In this document: positions 18,501 through 28,371 of the stretch, piece after piece | How positions within the stretch are numbered: position 1 is the stretch's first letter | Layout of the letters: the number at the start of each line of letters is the position of its first letter | IMG/VR virus record: IMGVR_UViG_3300044475_000066 | Location: 1 to 47,254 of that record | Reading direction: 5' to 3' (one strand) | Length of the DNA: 47,254 nt | From: a virus | Lineage: Duplodnaviria; Caudoviricetes | Notes under the pieces: generated by a model | Told to the model about the DNA's origin: nothing | Seen by the model: the letters and a program-made list of their open reading frames with translations, nothing else | The model's database searches: none | Program-made: the position numbers and the translations under genes

Positions 18501-19318
18501 AAATTGAACTGAAGTTGGAACGCGAAGAAATCCAACTGAAGTTGGAGAAGGCCAAGTTGGAGGAACCAGAGAACGCCAACCGTCAGAAAGAGCTTGAACT
18601 GCGTTTGAAGCTGAACGACATCAAGACCAAAGAACTTGATTCGAGCCGCGAGCTTTTGCGCATCAAAGAGAGCGAGCGAGTGACGAGCGGGAATCTTGCT
18701 GGGACGATCAACAACGAGTCCGGTTCACGAAACGCGAACGCCGGGGCGATAGGCAACGAAACTTCCGCGCTTGAGCAGTCTCTTTCGGTTCGAGAAAAGG
18801 ACATCGAATTGCGGGAGAAAGAACTGCAGTTGCGAGATCGAGAGGCCGCTCTATCTAAGCAGGGCAGTGCTTCGATGACCAGCGACATTGCCACGCGCAC
18901 CGGCATTCTGAACTTCCTGAAGCAAGCGGGTGTGGACAACGAAGCCGTCGCCAAGCAGTTGGCGAACGAGTTTGCCGATCAGAACGGCAACGTGGTCTAC
19001 AGCAACAACCCAGGGCAGATCAAGTACGGCGGCAAGTACGGGACGTTGAGCGAAGCTCTTCTCAAAGCCGCAGAGACTTATACCTTCCGCCCAGAAGCGC
19101 TGCAGGGATCGACGACCACGGCGAGCAATACGAAGGCGACGACAACTACGCCTGCTGCGACAACAGCCACTCCGGCGACGACCGCCAGCCAGTCCATCAC
19201 GATCACCGTGAAGACCCCGAATGGCAGCAAGCAGGTCAACGTGCAATCGCAATCGGACGCAGCCGCCCTCGAAGCGATCCTCCGTGAATTTGAGACAGCA
19301 GCAGGAACAGCAGCATGA
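15554..19318 (+). CDS. Tail tape measure protein
   Basis: About 1250 aa Ala-rich coiled coil; QIASKGVVSLEELRQQLGDRMPGA tape-measure motif. Confidence 0.93.
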   Translation: MAGNQRETKLTLRVEALGQDELKSLQDGLSRLAKEGGDAAPEFQRLADEVGRLGDQAGTLASFEKLAATTAELTQKQQQAEVASSELKTKLDEQRASVTAAAAAQEQASQAYQQAKNRLTEISGELKILRTENDATAKKTDDYKASVSRLVNEQTNLRKSLDDLRSARSQANQGLDQAEKAEARLQAAYQKSQTAVDASATALSQSKVNLDAARTATEALGLSTTDVAGSQAKLVAALNATGAAADLLSADMQEAARYVKFWGDALDESDRKAQQTAAAATEAGQKIATAFGTVGIRGAQELEGEIAQVRAAMDTLKNQAGLTGGALSTAMAAGNAKIKELERELRAATGTLTTADKAAKLFSNSMGQIAAGNVIADGVGYLVNKVKELGREFIDTTVQTEQFRRGLDAIYKNTATTAQQMQFLRSTANANGVSIGALSEAFVRYSAATKSANIPLQVTNELFASVTRTAGTLGLSAEAVGGTLDALGQIASKGVVSLEELRQQLGDRMPGALSAAAKGLGLTDAELIKLVESGNLAARDFFPAFSKGLQEMQGQTEGLIPTWNRLKNAMTIATQNAGDAGGLEVMTGALKLLGAAVGIVVGAITGFIEIISVSAKSIGILLSPAGTLADKFKAIGEAVDEAAARQAAFSASIDATLNPVQQAASQTAALSTATAALTAAAAAAGPQWDTLTRSQQASAIATQIASDKSRDLSAQLVATNSAISTLLATQAKETEALGKVAKAVKEEGDTRVALAKLRGDEKGVLTEAAAAAEAYAVAQDKVAASRNQELALLTQQRDLLIATRTAQGESADAIAKQTVEIDKKIVASKAEADQSKASAEAARLEAAERKISAETYGDQSKRAAEFKAELERLNKTLAEYQRLAAEGKKTDADVAAIRLQLATTTAKYKDALNDAAEASRLEAQAKSLNLQATMSSKNSEVELYQAKAQSARASGDLRMATYYEGEAKRVKIEADKISIQIKEIELKLEREEIQLKLEKAKLEEPENANRQKELELRLKLNDIKTKELDSSRELLRIKESERVTSGNLAGTINNESGSRNANAGAIGNETSALEQSLSVREKDIELREKELQLRDREAALSKQGSASMTSDIATRTGILNFLKQAGVDNEAVAKQLANEFADQNGNVVYSNNPGQIKYGGKYGTLSEALLKAAETYTFRPEALQGSTTTASNTKATTTTPAATTATPATTASQSITITVKTPNGSKQVNVQSQSDAAALEAILREFETAAGTAA

Positions 19319-19710
19319 GCATCACTCTTTCAGACGGCACCGCAACCGTATCCCTGAGCCCCGACCTTTACTGGTCGGACGAGAACGACTGGCACCCGGT
19401 TGAGCAGAGCGAGGAACGCACGATCACCGGGGCGCTGGTGGTCAGCGCGGCCAGCAGGGTAGGAGGCCGACCCATCACGCTGGAGCCAGAGGACGACAAG
19501 TCCGGGGCCACGTCACTGACGATCCTTACGCAGTTGCGAAATTGGGCCGCAGTTGCTGGTCAACAACTGACTCTTACACTCAGAGGGACAAGTCGCACTG
19601 TGATCTTCCGCCATCAAGACGGTGCGATCTCAGCGACTCCCTGGATTCACTACCAAGACATTCAGGCGGGTGACTGGTACTTCGCCACTATCCGCTTGAT
19701 GGAGATTTAA
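19315..19710 (+). CDS. Minor tail protein (distal tail-like)
   Basis: Follows tape measure; LSPDLYWSDE..W.PV.Q, GRPITL. Confidence 0.7.
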   Translation: MSITLSDGTATVSLSPDLYWSDENDWHPVEQSEERTITGALVVSAASRVGGRPITLEPEDDKSGATSLTILTQLRNWAAVAGQQLTLTLRGTSRTVIFRHQDGAISATPWIHYQDIQAGDWYFATIRLMEI

Positions 19711-19714
19711 CAGC

Positions 19715-21370
19715 ATGGCAATCCTGAGCGGCGACATCAAGCTGGTCGAGTCCCAGATCATGAGCGACGCGCCCGAGTCGGGCGGTGCGCCCACGGCGAA
19801 CGTCATCCAAGATGGCGCGAGCAACAACCTGTTCCCCGACATCTCGGAACTCGACCGCGCAGGTGGCGTGGTCAACATGCGCAAGGTCCACGTTCATGTC
19901 CAGACGGACAACCGCGACACCTACATGGGCGCGAACATGATCGTGGCCGAGCCCCCGAACGACCCCAACGTGTCCATCACGCTGTTCTCAACGAACCAGA
20001 CGTTTGACCGGCGCACCGACGCCCGTGATCGGGTGGAGAGCTACCTGACGACTGGCCCACTGTGGTCTGGATACCTGCTAGAAAATCACGTCATCGGGCA
20101 GCGCACACTCAGCATTTTCCAGCGGGTCGGAACGCCAATGCCAAACATCGGCCGGACCCTTGTGCTTGTGCAGAACGAAGGTTTGAGCACCGAGTATTCG
20201 CAGTTTGTGCGGGTGATTCGCACTGAACGTGAGACGCGCACGTTCTCGGAGTTTGTAAACGGTTCATATATCGACTTCCCTGCCGACGTAGTGACTTGCG
20301 AAATCAGCGATGGTCTTCGCTTCGATTTCCCTGGCTCCCCTGCATCGCGGGGCTTCGGGCCTGCCGCAAACAAGTCGAAACTTCGAGACACCACTGTGGC
20401 CGACGCAGCCAACTACTACGGAGCGTCAACACTCACCACAGCCGCAGACTTGGGGGACCAGTCGGTATCGCTTGCGGACGTTTACACACAGTTGGTGCCA
20501 AGCGCCAGAACGGAAGTCCCGACGCTTGACGAGAAGCCTGGGGCTCAAAGAACCATTGATCTTGCGACAACCCCTCGGCAAGTTACGGTTGGCGTATCTC
20601 CGCACACGATGCGGATAAAGATCGGGCAAGAAAACCGTGGTGCAACCTATGTTCAGTTGTTGCGCCCGTTTCCAGCACCAAACAGCATCACTATTTCGTA
20701 CCGAGCCCTCGGCGATTGGTACACCCTAACCGACGATGGTCTCGGGAATTTGAGCGGTAACGGGACGGGAACAATCAACTATGCGACAGGCTCCATTGCT
20801 TTGACCCTGGCCGCATTCCCAGACGTAGGTAGTTCGATCATCTTTTCTTGGGGTGAATCCACTTCGTACACCAATCGCTCTGCAGCCCTGACGTTTGAAG
20901 TCCCGATGGTCACGTTGCAACTGCAACATAAAACCATCAAGGCGGGGACATTCAACGTAAGTTGGACATCCGGTGGGGTTGCAAAGTCTGCAACCGCAAA
21001 CGCGACGGGCGTCATTTCCGGGGATGCGACGGGGGAAATCAACTATGCGGCAGGCGCTGCGCGCATGCGGCCTGCCGCAATGCCCGACCCTGGGTCGAAT
21101 TACGTAATCACTTACGACTATGCCACAACGATCACAGAATCTTTCAGTAACCCGGCAGTTGACGCAGCTGGATTCGGGAGCTTCGTGCTTTCCCAGACAC
21201 CTGCTCCGGGTAGTATTCGTGTGAGGTGGATTACCGCCAGAACCGTGAGCCTTTCTTCTGGAGCTACGACAGGGGAAAACACAGATAAGACAACAAAAAG
21301 TGGTCAAACCTACTACGTCGCCCCTGGAACAGCCGATGTTGGTTGGTTGAAATCCACCTACGCGCCATAA
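19715..21370 (+). CDS. Tail tip protein, N-terminal part
   Basis: MAILSGDIKL, NNLFPDISELDRAGG, GTINYATG repeats. Confidence 0.75.
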   Translation: MAILSGDIKLVESQIMSDAPESGGAPTANVIQDGASNNLFPDISELDRAGGVVNMRKVHVHVQTDNRDTYMGANMIVAEPPNDPNVSITLFSTNQTFDRRTDARDRVESYLTTGPLWSGYLLENHVIGQRTLSIFQRVGTPMPNIGRTLVLVQNEGLSTEYSQFVRVIRTERETRTFSEFVNGSYIDFPADVVTCEISDGLRFDFPGSPASRGFGPAANKSKLRDTTVADAANYYGASTLTTAADLGDQSVSLADVYTQLVPSARTEVPTLDEKPGAQRTIDLATTPRQVTVGVSPHTMRIKIGQENRGATYVQLLRPFPAPNSITISYRALGDWYTLTDDGLGNLSGNGTGTINYATGSIALTLAAFPDVGSSIIFSWGESTSYTNRSAALTFEVPMVTLQLQHKTIKAGTFNVSWTSGGVAKSATANATGVISGDATGEINYAAGAARMRPAAMPDPGSNYVITYDYATTITESFSNPAVDAAGFGSFVLSQTPAPGSIRVRWITARTVSLSSGATTGENTDKTTKSGQTYYVAPGTADVGWLKSTYAP

Positions 21371-21376
21371 GGATAA

Positions 21377-23266
21377 ATGATGGGAACCGTAGCAGTAATT
21401 GCAACACCGCCAGTAGTCGTAACTTCTACGACAACCTCAGCCAAACACTCAACGAGTCTCGTTGAAACTTCGACATCACAAGACCTTGTGATTCACGAAC
21501 TTACCGACGACGGCTCAGGCGGTCTCGGTGCTTGGGGCACGGTTAACTACGCGACGAAAACCGTCGTGCCAAGACTCGTTTCCAAAACGACAAGCACTGT
21601 CTCTTACAACAGCGACCATGAAAAGGCACAGGACTTTGAAACTACAGCCGTAACTGGTGGCGGGGGTTCGGACAGCTTTAAAGGCGGCGCATACAGCACG
21701 ACGACACAAGGGGAAGATGTTCTCGCGGCATCCACGTTGTTCATTGATTACGCTACGGGCTTTACGGGCGCGACAGCGCACTCGATGACGGTGGCTGGCG
21801 ACAAAGTGTCCATCAGCTTGTGCAAGGGGACTTCGGATTATGTCGTCCCGAATTCTGTGCGTTTTACGTGGATGGGTCACGTCTACGAGGATTACGACGG
21901 CGTAATTTGGCGAGATCGCACCGACTCTTCGCCGGGCGTAGAGTCTGGGATCATGAGTTACATCGACGGCGTAGCCGTGCTGACTGATTGGCAAGTCAGC
22001 GGACCGGCGAATTCATTGACCGTTCAAAGTCTGTGGACCACTCGCAAGAACTGGACGACGGCCTCCATCTTCATGCGGACGCAAGCAGCCCCCATCAAGC
22101 CGACTGCGTTCGTGATGAACCTGAGCGACACCAAGGGCAACGCCATCGTCGCCACGGCTGATGGGAGCGGCTACATCACGGGCTCGCACCTGCGAGGCCG
22201 GATCGACTACGAGACAGGTGTTGTCGAATTGCAGTTCGGGGACTACGTTCTCGACAGCAGCCTGACTGCCGAGCAAAAGGCAGAGTGGTGGTACAACAGC
22301 GCAGATGTAGGCGCGGTGATCGCAAATCAAATCTGGCGCCCGTGGCCGGTTGACCCGACCACTCTGCGCTACAACAGCGTCTCGTACTTCTACCTGCCGC
22401 TGGATGCCGACTTGCTCGGTATCGACCCCGTGCGCCTGCCGCAAGACGGACGTGTCGTGATGTTCCGTCCTGGCGGCTTCGCGGTGGTGGGCCACACTCA
22501 ATCTATGAGTCCTGCGACTGTGAGCAACGGCCAAACCGTCAACACGGGTCGCGTTCGTCTGTCCCGCGTGCGAGTTGTCGGCAACGACGGCAACACTATC
22601 AACACTGGCTACACGACCAACCTCGAAGCGGGCACGGTCACCTTCAGTAACGTCACCGGCTACTCGCAACCTGTGACAGTGGAGCACCGCATCGAAGACA
22701 TGGTGCTGGTGCGCGACGTGCAGGTGGACGGAACAGTCTCGTTCACTCGTGCGCTGACTCACAACTATCCCATCGGTAGCGTGGTGTCGAGCGCTATCGT
22801 CGCCAGCGGCCGCGACCTGTACGCACGGGTCTCCACGCTGTTCGATCAGGCGTCCTGGGATGGAACGACTTTCAGCGATTCTCTCGTAGGTTCCGCTGCT
22901 ACCGGCACATATAACGATGTCTCCAACCCAGTGCTTGTTACCAATCGCGGAGCCGTGACCGAGCGCTGGGTTTTGAGATTCACCGGCACGTCGGCTTTCC
23001 AAGTGATCGGTGAGCATGTCGGCGTTATCGCCACCGGGTCGATCAATGCAGACTGCGCGCCGACCAACCCGGCGACAGGTACACCGTACTTTACGATTTT
23101 CGCACTTGGCTGGGGGACCGGCTGGAGTGTAGGCAATATTGTTCGGCTGAACACGGTGGGCGCGCAGATGCCGGTGTGGGTCGTTCGTACAATCCAGCAA
23201 GGCCCAGAGGCCGGAACCAATTACGAGTTTTCGTTGCTCACACGCGGCGACGTAGACCGACCATAA
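21377..23266 (+). CDS. Tail tip protein, C-terminal part
   Basis: Same frame as previous ORF; GTVNYAT/GRIDYETG repeats, GIDPVRLPQDGRV. Confidence 0.75.
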   Translation: MMGTVAVIATPPVVVTSTTTSAKHSTSLVETSTSQDLVIHELTDDGSGGLGAWGTVNYATKTVVPRLVSKTTSTVSYNSDHEKAQDFETTAVTGGGGSDSFKGGAYSTTTQGEDVLAASTLFIDYATGFTGATAHSMTVAGDKVSISLCKGTSDYVVPNSVRFTWMGHVYEDYDGVIWRDRTDSSPGVESGIMSYIDGVAVLTDWQVSGPANSLTVQSLWTTRKNWTTASIFMRTQAAPIKPTAFVMNLSDTKGNAIVATADGSGYITGSHLRGRIDYETGVVELQFGDYVLDSSLTAEQKAEWWYNSADVGAVIANQIWRPWPVDPTTLRYNSVSYFYLPLDADLLGIDPVRLPQDGRVVMFRPGGFAVVGHTQSMSPATVSNGQTVNTGRVRLSRVRVVGNDGNTINTGYTTNLEAGTVTFSNVTGYSQPVTVEHRIEDMVLVRDVQVDGTVSFTRALTHNYPIGSVVSSAIVASGRDLYARVSTLFDQASWDGTTFSDSLVGSAATGTYNDVSNPVLVTNRGAVTERWVLRFTGTSAFQVIGEHVGVIATGSINADCAPTNPATGTPYFTIFALGWGTGWSVGNIVRLNTVGAQMPVWVVRTIQQGPEAGTNYEFSLLTRGDVDRP

Positions 23267-23278
23267 AGGAAAAATAAG

Positions 23279-24493
23279 ATGGCTTCTCCAGTAGACACCT
23301 CGGTAAAACTGTTCAAAGACGATCTCCCTGGCGCGCCCGTTTTGAACGGTGTGGTTGGTGCGGGTATCTCCCTGCTCGATGCATGCTTGGTTACAGGCTT
23401 CGGCTTGCGCACTGCTGTGTCTCTCGTGGTTTCTGGCGGCGTTGCGACGATGACCCTCGCATCGAACACACTCAACGGTAACTTGGTCGATACAGTGGTT
23501 CTGGTGGACGGCGTTACCGGATCGTTGACCGCACTCAACGGAGAACAGAGAGTAATCTCGGCTTCCAGCACCACGCTCTCGTATGCCACGGCTGCGGCGG
23601 ACGGCACCGCCACCGGAACGATAACTGTGAAGACCGCACCTGCAGGTTGGTCCAAGGTTTACAGCGGAACCAACAAGGCGGCTTACAGGGCTACCGACGT
23701 AACAGGTAACCGCTTCTACCTTCGAGTTGACGACACCGCCACGCTGCACATGACAGTTCGTGGGTGGGAGACCATGACTGACGTGGATACTGGTACATCC
23801 GCGTTCCCGACAGTGGCCGAATATGCATCTGGGTTGTACTGGTCGAAATCCACAGTCGCAAATTCCAATGCGAATAAGTGGGATTTCATAGCTGACAGCC
23901 GTTCGTTTGTTTATGCACCTATGTCCGGTTACGGTGCTAGTGCATCAGCGGCGGGGCAGGGCTGTTATTTCTTCGGGGATTTTGTTTCTTTCAAATCGGT
24001 AGACCCGTACAGTTCATGTCTTAGCGGTTCTAGTAGTGCACCATCCAGCACTTCTTCAGCCGGGTCTATCGCCAGTAACAATTCAAACGTACATAATCTT
24101 CGGATCGTGCGTTCATACACGGGACTCGGATCGACAATCGTCGGTCATCTAAGCCCAGCCAGCGGTGCCATTTCCACATCGGCTATCTCTGGTGCAGATG
24201 CTCAGTTTGGTACGTACCCGCCCGTCGTCGATGGTGCGGTGCGTGTGTCGCGGCAGGTTGTTCTGCAAGGCGCCGCGACAGGTGCGTCCGCCATTCCAAG
24301 AGGTCAAATTCCTGGCTTCTATTGGATACCGCACACGTTAGTCGAGTCGTCATTTCAACGGGGGGACAAGGTAACGTCTACTGCAGATTTGTCGAGTCGT
24401 AAATTGTACGTTCTGCAAACCAGTGCAGGGTTTACAGACAACAATACATCGGCCGGTCGCACCTTTTTGGACATTACAGGCCCCTGGCGGTAA
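23279..24493 (+). CDS. Tail/receptor-binding protein
   Basis: GAPVLNG, LLDACLVTGFG, APAGW, DITGPWR; more AT-rich C-terminal half. Confidence 0.7.
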   Translation: MASPVDTSVKLFKDDLPGAPVLNGVVGAGISLLDACLVTGFGLRTAVSLVVSGGVATMTLASNTLNGNLVDTVVLVDGVTGSLTALNGEQRVISASSTTLSYATAAADGTATGTITVKTAPAGWSKVYSGTNKAAYRATDVTGNRFYLRVDDTATLHMTVRGWETMTDVDTGTSAFPTVAEYASGLYWSKSTVANSNANKWDFIADSRSFVYAPMSGYGASASAAGQGCYFFGDFVSFKSVDPYSSCLSGSSSAPSSTSSAGSIASNNSNVHNLRIVRSYTGLGSTIVGHLSPASGAISTSAISGADAQFGTYPPVVDGAVRVSRQVVLQGAATGASAIPRGQIPGFYWIPHTLVESSFQRGDKVTSTADLSSRKLYVLQTSAGFTDNNTSAGRTFLDITGPWR

Positions 24494-24495
24494 AA

Positions 24496-24879
24496 ATGGC
24501 GACAGTTACCACACCGTTGTTGCTTGTAGGTGGGGTTCGTGGGGTGCAGGGTGCACCCGCGTCAGCCGCAAATCCTCAGCTTGTGAAGTTGGTCGGATCG
24601 ACCCATGGGTCGAACGATCTAATTCACGGTGGCCGTGGGCGCATCTCCGGCACTGTCAAGGAGAAATCGACGCCCAGCAATATACCTTTGCGTCGGAAGG
24701 TTCGCCTGCACCGTGAAGTTGACGGCCTCGCTCTGCGCGAAACATGGAGCGCGGCTTCGACGGGGGCCTACGTGTTCACGGACATCAACCCCGCCTACAC
24801 CTACTACGTGGTGTCGTTCGACTACGTGCAGAACTACCGCGCCGTGGTGGCCGACAACCTCACACCGGACATCGTATGA
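24496..24879 (+). CDS. Tail-associated protein
   Basis: GRISGTVKEK, RRKVRLH, YRAVVADNLTP; synteny. Confidence 0.65.
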   Translation: MATVTTPLLLVGGVRGVQGAPASAANPQLVKLVGSTHGSNDLIHGGRGRISGTVKEKSTPSNIPLRRKVRLHREVDGLALRETWSAASTGAYVFTDINPAYTYYVVSFDYVQNYRAVVADNLTPDIV

Positions 24880-25268
24880 CGCTGGAAATTTCAACCGCGC
24901 ACAAGTCGGCGCGCAGCGCCGCATCCGTAGCATTTGCGGACACTGGGGTTGCGAACTCGAAGCTGCGGCTCTACGCAAGCGCGGACTGGACCGGCACGCC
25001 TCTGGTCGAGATCATTCTGAAGAAACCCTGCGGCACGGTGAACGGCTCGGGGCTTATCGTGCTGGAGCAAGCTACTGCAGGCGGCGACCTGATCGCATCG
25101 ACCGGCGCCGCCCTGACGGGCGACTGGATCAACGGTGACGGCGATCTGGTGGCGCGGGGAACGGTCAGCGACTCGGCTGGCACCGGGGACTTCAAGCTCC
25201 AGGGAACGTCGGGCACAACGCTGTATGCAGGTGGCAGCGCGATCCTCGGAACCACTGCGTTAGGCTAA
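24876..25268 (+). CDS. Tail-associated protein
   Basis: ATGA-coupled start MTLEISTAHK; synteny. Confidence 0.65.
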   Translation: MTLEISTAHKSARSAASVAFADTGVANSKLRLYASADWTGTPLVEIILKKPCGTVNGSGLIVLEQATAGGDLIASTGAALTGDWINGDGDLVARGTVSDSAGTGDFKLQGTSGTTLYAGGSAILGTTALG

Positions 25269-25269
25269 G

Positions 25270-27141
25270 GTGGCCGTCGATTTAGTCTTTCAGAACCTGC
25301 AGAGCACCAGCACAAATCTGGTGTTCGGGGAGAACGACGCCCCGCCGATAGCCAACGCCCTGGTCGATTTCGTCGCAGACCTCCCTGCGTTCGGGTCGGC
25401 AATCGCGGTTCGCGCCGCTGTTGGCGTCGGTTTTTCCGGGTCGTTCCCTGCGTTCGCTGGCGACATCGGTGTCACCTACGAGACCAACGCGGAGCGCCCG
25501 ACTGTCGCGGCCACGGCCGTACCTTGGGAAGACGCGAACGACGTTCAGAGCGGGTTCACGGGAGTGTGGCAAGACGGCGATGCCCGATTCACGTCCCAGC
25601 GACTGAAGTGGCAACCGGCCGACCGTGCTGCGTCTTCTGCGACCGGGCGCTGGCAGCAGGGTGAGAACCTGCGAAACGCTCGAAGCATCTCCTGGCAGCG
25701 CGGCATTCCTGCGCGCCGTAGCAACACATCTGCATTCCAGCAAGGTGTTGCTGTCCCACGCTCTGCACGTTCGCTGTTCAGTCCTGCGCTGCACCTCGAC
25801 AACCTGAGCACAGCGCTGTTCCAAGAAGCCCTGCGCGACCGGCGAAACTTGGCCGCAGTCGTCTTTCAGGACGGAGAGCGACACTACGTCAGTGTCGGCG
25901 GTCAGTTCTTCTTCGGCACGCCACTGTATACCGGGGGCATGCTCGTCTATCAAGAGGCGATGCGCCCACCCCCTGGGATTTCGCCGGTAGGGCCAGGACC
26001 AGAACCGGAAGACCCATGTTATCTGCCTGACACAAATCTGGTGTTCGCGGAAGGGCCTGGCGATACGAATCTGGTTTTCATTTGCGAGCGACATCCTGGC
26101 CCACAGCCGGGCGAGACGGTCGTCGTTCCTGTAAGAAGGGTCTATGTGGTAGTCAACAGCGCAACTCTCACCCGAGTGTCCGATGGCGTCGGTATCCCAA
26201 CGACGAGTATGTCGATGACTCTGGACGTGGACTCGTGGACTTGGAGCTTCAGCGCTTCCGTGCCGGGCGCGGCGCTGTCGTTTGTCAGCCGCGTCGGCGG
26301 CGAGCCTGTCGAAGTCTTGGCGACGATCAACGGCACGGCCTATCGGTTTGTGATCGAGCAGGTGGCCCGTGAGCGCACGTTCGGTAGCAACAGCCTGCGG
26401 GTGGCCGGGCGCGGCCGGATCGCGTTCTTGGACGCCCCATACGCCCCGACCATGAGCTTCATCAACACCGAGGCGCGCACGGCGCAGCAGTTGATGGGTG
26501 ACGTGCTCACGATCAACGGCGTGCCGCTGGGCTGGGGTGTGAACTGGTCGCCGGACGACTGGACGGTTCCGACCGGAGCGTTCTCGCACCAGGGCTCGTA
26601 CATCTCTGCGATCACGACCATTGCCGCTTCAACGGGCGCCTACATCCGGCCGCACGCCAGCGCGCAGGAGTTCGATGTCCTCTTGAAGTACCCGGTCGCC
26701 CCCTGGGAGTGGGGCACCCTCACGCCGGACTACGAACTGCCGTCTGCTGTGGTCACGAAGGAGAGCGTCGAGTGGCTGGAAAAAGCCGAGTACAACCGCG
26801 TGTTCGTCGGTGGCACCGCACAGGGCGTGTTCGGCCCGGTGACCCGCGACGGAACCGATGGGCTTCTGCTGGCATCTCAGATCACAGACCCGCTGATTAC
26901 TGCGGCCGCGCCGCACCGCCAACGCGGATTGACTGTGCTGTCGGACGTTGGAAGCCAAGAGCGCGTCACGCTGAGTCTGCCGGTGCTGTCGGAGACGGGT
27001 GTGATCCCGCCAGGGAAGTTCGTGCGCTACGTGGATGGCGCCCGAACCCGCATCGGGCTCACGCGCTCGGTGAACGTCAGCCTGGGTGCGTCGGCGGTTG
27101 ACCTGCGCCAGCAGATCGTTTTGGAGACACACAACCTATGA
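25270..27141 (+). CDS. Tail hub/baseplate-like protein
   Basis: 623 aa; DVDSWTWSFSA, YNRVFVGG, GVIPPGKFV. Confidence 0.7.
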   Translation: MAVDLVFQNLQSTSTNLVFGENDAPPIANALVDFVADLPAFGSAIAVRAAVGVGFSGSFPAFAGDIGVTYETNAERPTVAATAVPWEDANDVQSGFTGVWQDGDARFTSQRLKWQPADRAASSATGRWQQGENLRNARSISWQRGIPARRSNTSAFQQGVAVPRSARSLFSPALHLDNLSTALFQEALRDRRNLAAVVFQDGERHYVSVGGQFFFGTPLYTGGMLVYQEAMRPPPGISPVGPGPEPEDPCYLPDTNLVFAEGPGDTNLVFICERHPGPQPGETVVVPVRRVYVVVNSATLTRVSDGVGIPTTSMSMTLDVDSWTWSFSASVPGAALSFVSRVGGEPVEVLATINGTAYRFVIEQVARERTFGSNSLRVAGRGRIAFLDAPYAPTMSFINTEARTAQQLMGDVLTINGVPLGWGVNWSPDDWTVPTGAFSHQGSYISAITTIAASTGAYIRPHASAQEFDVLLKYPVAPWEWGTLTPDYELPSAVVTKESVEWLEKAEYNRVFVGGTAQGVFGPVTRDGTDGLLLASQITDPLITAAAPHRQRGLTVLSDVGSQERVTLSLPVLSETGVIPPGKFVRYVDGARTRIGLTRSVNVSLGASAVDLRQQIVLETHNL

Positions 27142-27362
27142 GCTACAACCCATACAAGCGGCTTATCGGCCTGCTGCCAAGTCGCCCCCTGCAGGTTGGG
27201 GACGTGGTGGCTGTGGACGGTGGTGTAGCCACCATCGAACTGCCCGGTGGCGGACTCGCCCAGGCGCGAGGTGATGTCGCGGTCAACGACCGCGTGTACT
27301 TCCGCGACGGGGTTATCGAAGGTCCGGCCCCGACGCTGACTTATGTGAGTGCAACGGTATGA
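27138..27362 (+). CDS. Small tail protein
   Basis: NPYKRLIGLLP, VYFRDGVIEGPAP; coupled to previous gene. Confidence 0.65.
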   Translation: MSYNPYKRLIGLLPSRPLQVGDVVAVDGGVATIELPGGGLAQARGDVAVNDRVYFRDGVIEGPAPTLTYVSATV

Positions 27363-27889
27363 GCATCATTCCCGCACCCGTTTACCTGATCGCTATCGGC
27401 GTGTTGACGCTCGGTATCGGCCTGCAGGAAGTTCGCGTCGCCAGCACAAAAGCCGAACTTGCCAACACGGCTCGCATGTGGGCGCTCGACCGCGCAAATC
27501 GAACTGATCTCGTCCGCAAGCTGGTCGAGCACAACGCTGAGACATCAGCAAGGCATGCTGTTCAGCAGCAGGAGATGGAAGATGCATTCACCAAAGAAAA
27601 ACTGGCGCTTGAGCGCCGGGCTCGTTCTGACGCTGACACTGCTCGGGGGTTGCGCGCACAACTCGCCGCCTACACCTCCCGAGGTTCTGCCGGGGATCAA
27701 GCTGACCCCGCTTCCTGCCAGCGTGCGCGAGATCGACTCGAAGCCCTCGGCGGACTATTCGCTGAAGGTGTCGAACTGGTTGTCGAAGGTCGGGGAATTG
27801 TTGAAAGACGAGACGCCGAAGTAAAGCGTCTCGTCGATCAGATCACAGCGGACAGGGCTGCTGTGGAAGCGGCAGTGACGACCCGCTGA
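27359..27889 (+). CDS. Rz: i-spanin (Rz-like)
   Basis: N-terminal TM helix plus coiled coil; hosts an embedded lipoprotein gene. Confidence 0.8.
   Translation: MSIIPAPVYLIAIGVLTLGIGLQEVRVASTKAELANTARMWALDRANRTDLVRKLVEHNAETSARHAVQQQEMEDAFTKEKLALERRARSDADTARGLRAQLAAYTSRGSAGDQADPASCQRARDRLEALGGLFAEGVELVVEGRGIVERRDAEVKRLVDQITADRAAVEAAVTTR
27582..27824 (+). CDS. Rz1: o-spanin (Rz1-like), fully embedded in +1 frame
   Basis: MHSPKKNWRLSAGLVLTLTLLGGC lipobox followed by Pro-rich segment; GGAG/GGAAG upstream. Confidence 0.8.
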   Translation: MHSPKKNWRLSAGLVLTLTLLGGCAHNSPPTPPEVLPGIKLTPLPASVREIDSKPSADYSLKVSNWLSKVGELLKDETPK

Positions 27890-27937
27890 GGGGGATCGTG
27901 CCGTGGCGCGGCCCGCCGACGACTATGATTTCAAAAG

Positions 27938-28168
27938 TCATTTCCGACCTCGCAATTTTCGCTTCCACTGCGCCTTACCTCGGCCCGCTTTAGGTAAAGC
28001 CGTTCGGGCCGATTCAACGGAGAAGGTTGCAGCAAACGGTACTTCTACTGAACACTCGCCTTTGAGCCAAACCGCACCAGTTTTGCAGTCGATATCGAAC
28101 AGGTGTGTGACATCTTTACCGTCGCTTGTGACGACGCGAAGTGTATTCGGTACAACAACGGTTTTCAT
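27938..28168 (-). CDS. Hypothetical protein
   Basis: Start MKTVVVP coupled to the upstream stop. Confidence 0.55.
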   Translation of the reverse strand: MKTVVVPNTLRVVTSDGKDVTHLFDIDCKTGAVWLKGECSVEVPFAATFSVESARTALPKAGRGKAQWKRKLRGRK

Positions 28169-28371
28169 TTGGGTCTCCGCTTCGGTAGTGGTGCCCAGGC
28201 CACCCAGAACTTTTCCCGCCCGTTGTAGATGCCGTAGTCGGCCACGCCACCGGCACCGAGCAACTGGACTTTGGTGCCGATGGGGCAGGTGCCCATGTCC
28301 TCGTTCCAGTAGTAGTCCGTCGCCACGGCCACGGTGCGCTCGGAGTTCAGCTTGAAGCCTTGGTCGTTCAT
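28165..28371 (-). CDS. Hypothetical protein
   Basis: CPIGTKVQLL..WVAWAPLP; coupled overlaps. Confidence 0.65.
   Translation of the reverse strand: MNDQGFKLNSERTVAVATDYYWNEDMGTCPIGTKVQLLGAGGVADYGIYNGREKFWVAWAPLPKRRPK

Noticed and set aside
22013-23749. 578-aa minus-strand ORF, and similar long antisense ORFs (5684-7018, 14717-16015, 16031-17212, 25282-26589, 34751-35821)
   Set aside because: They are shadows of well-supported genes on the opposite strand in GC-rich DNA, with no motifs
19715-27141. Diversity-generating retroelement or invertible tail cassette
   Set aside because: No reverse transcriptase, invertase, template/variable repeat pair or flanking inverted repeats seen
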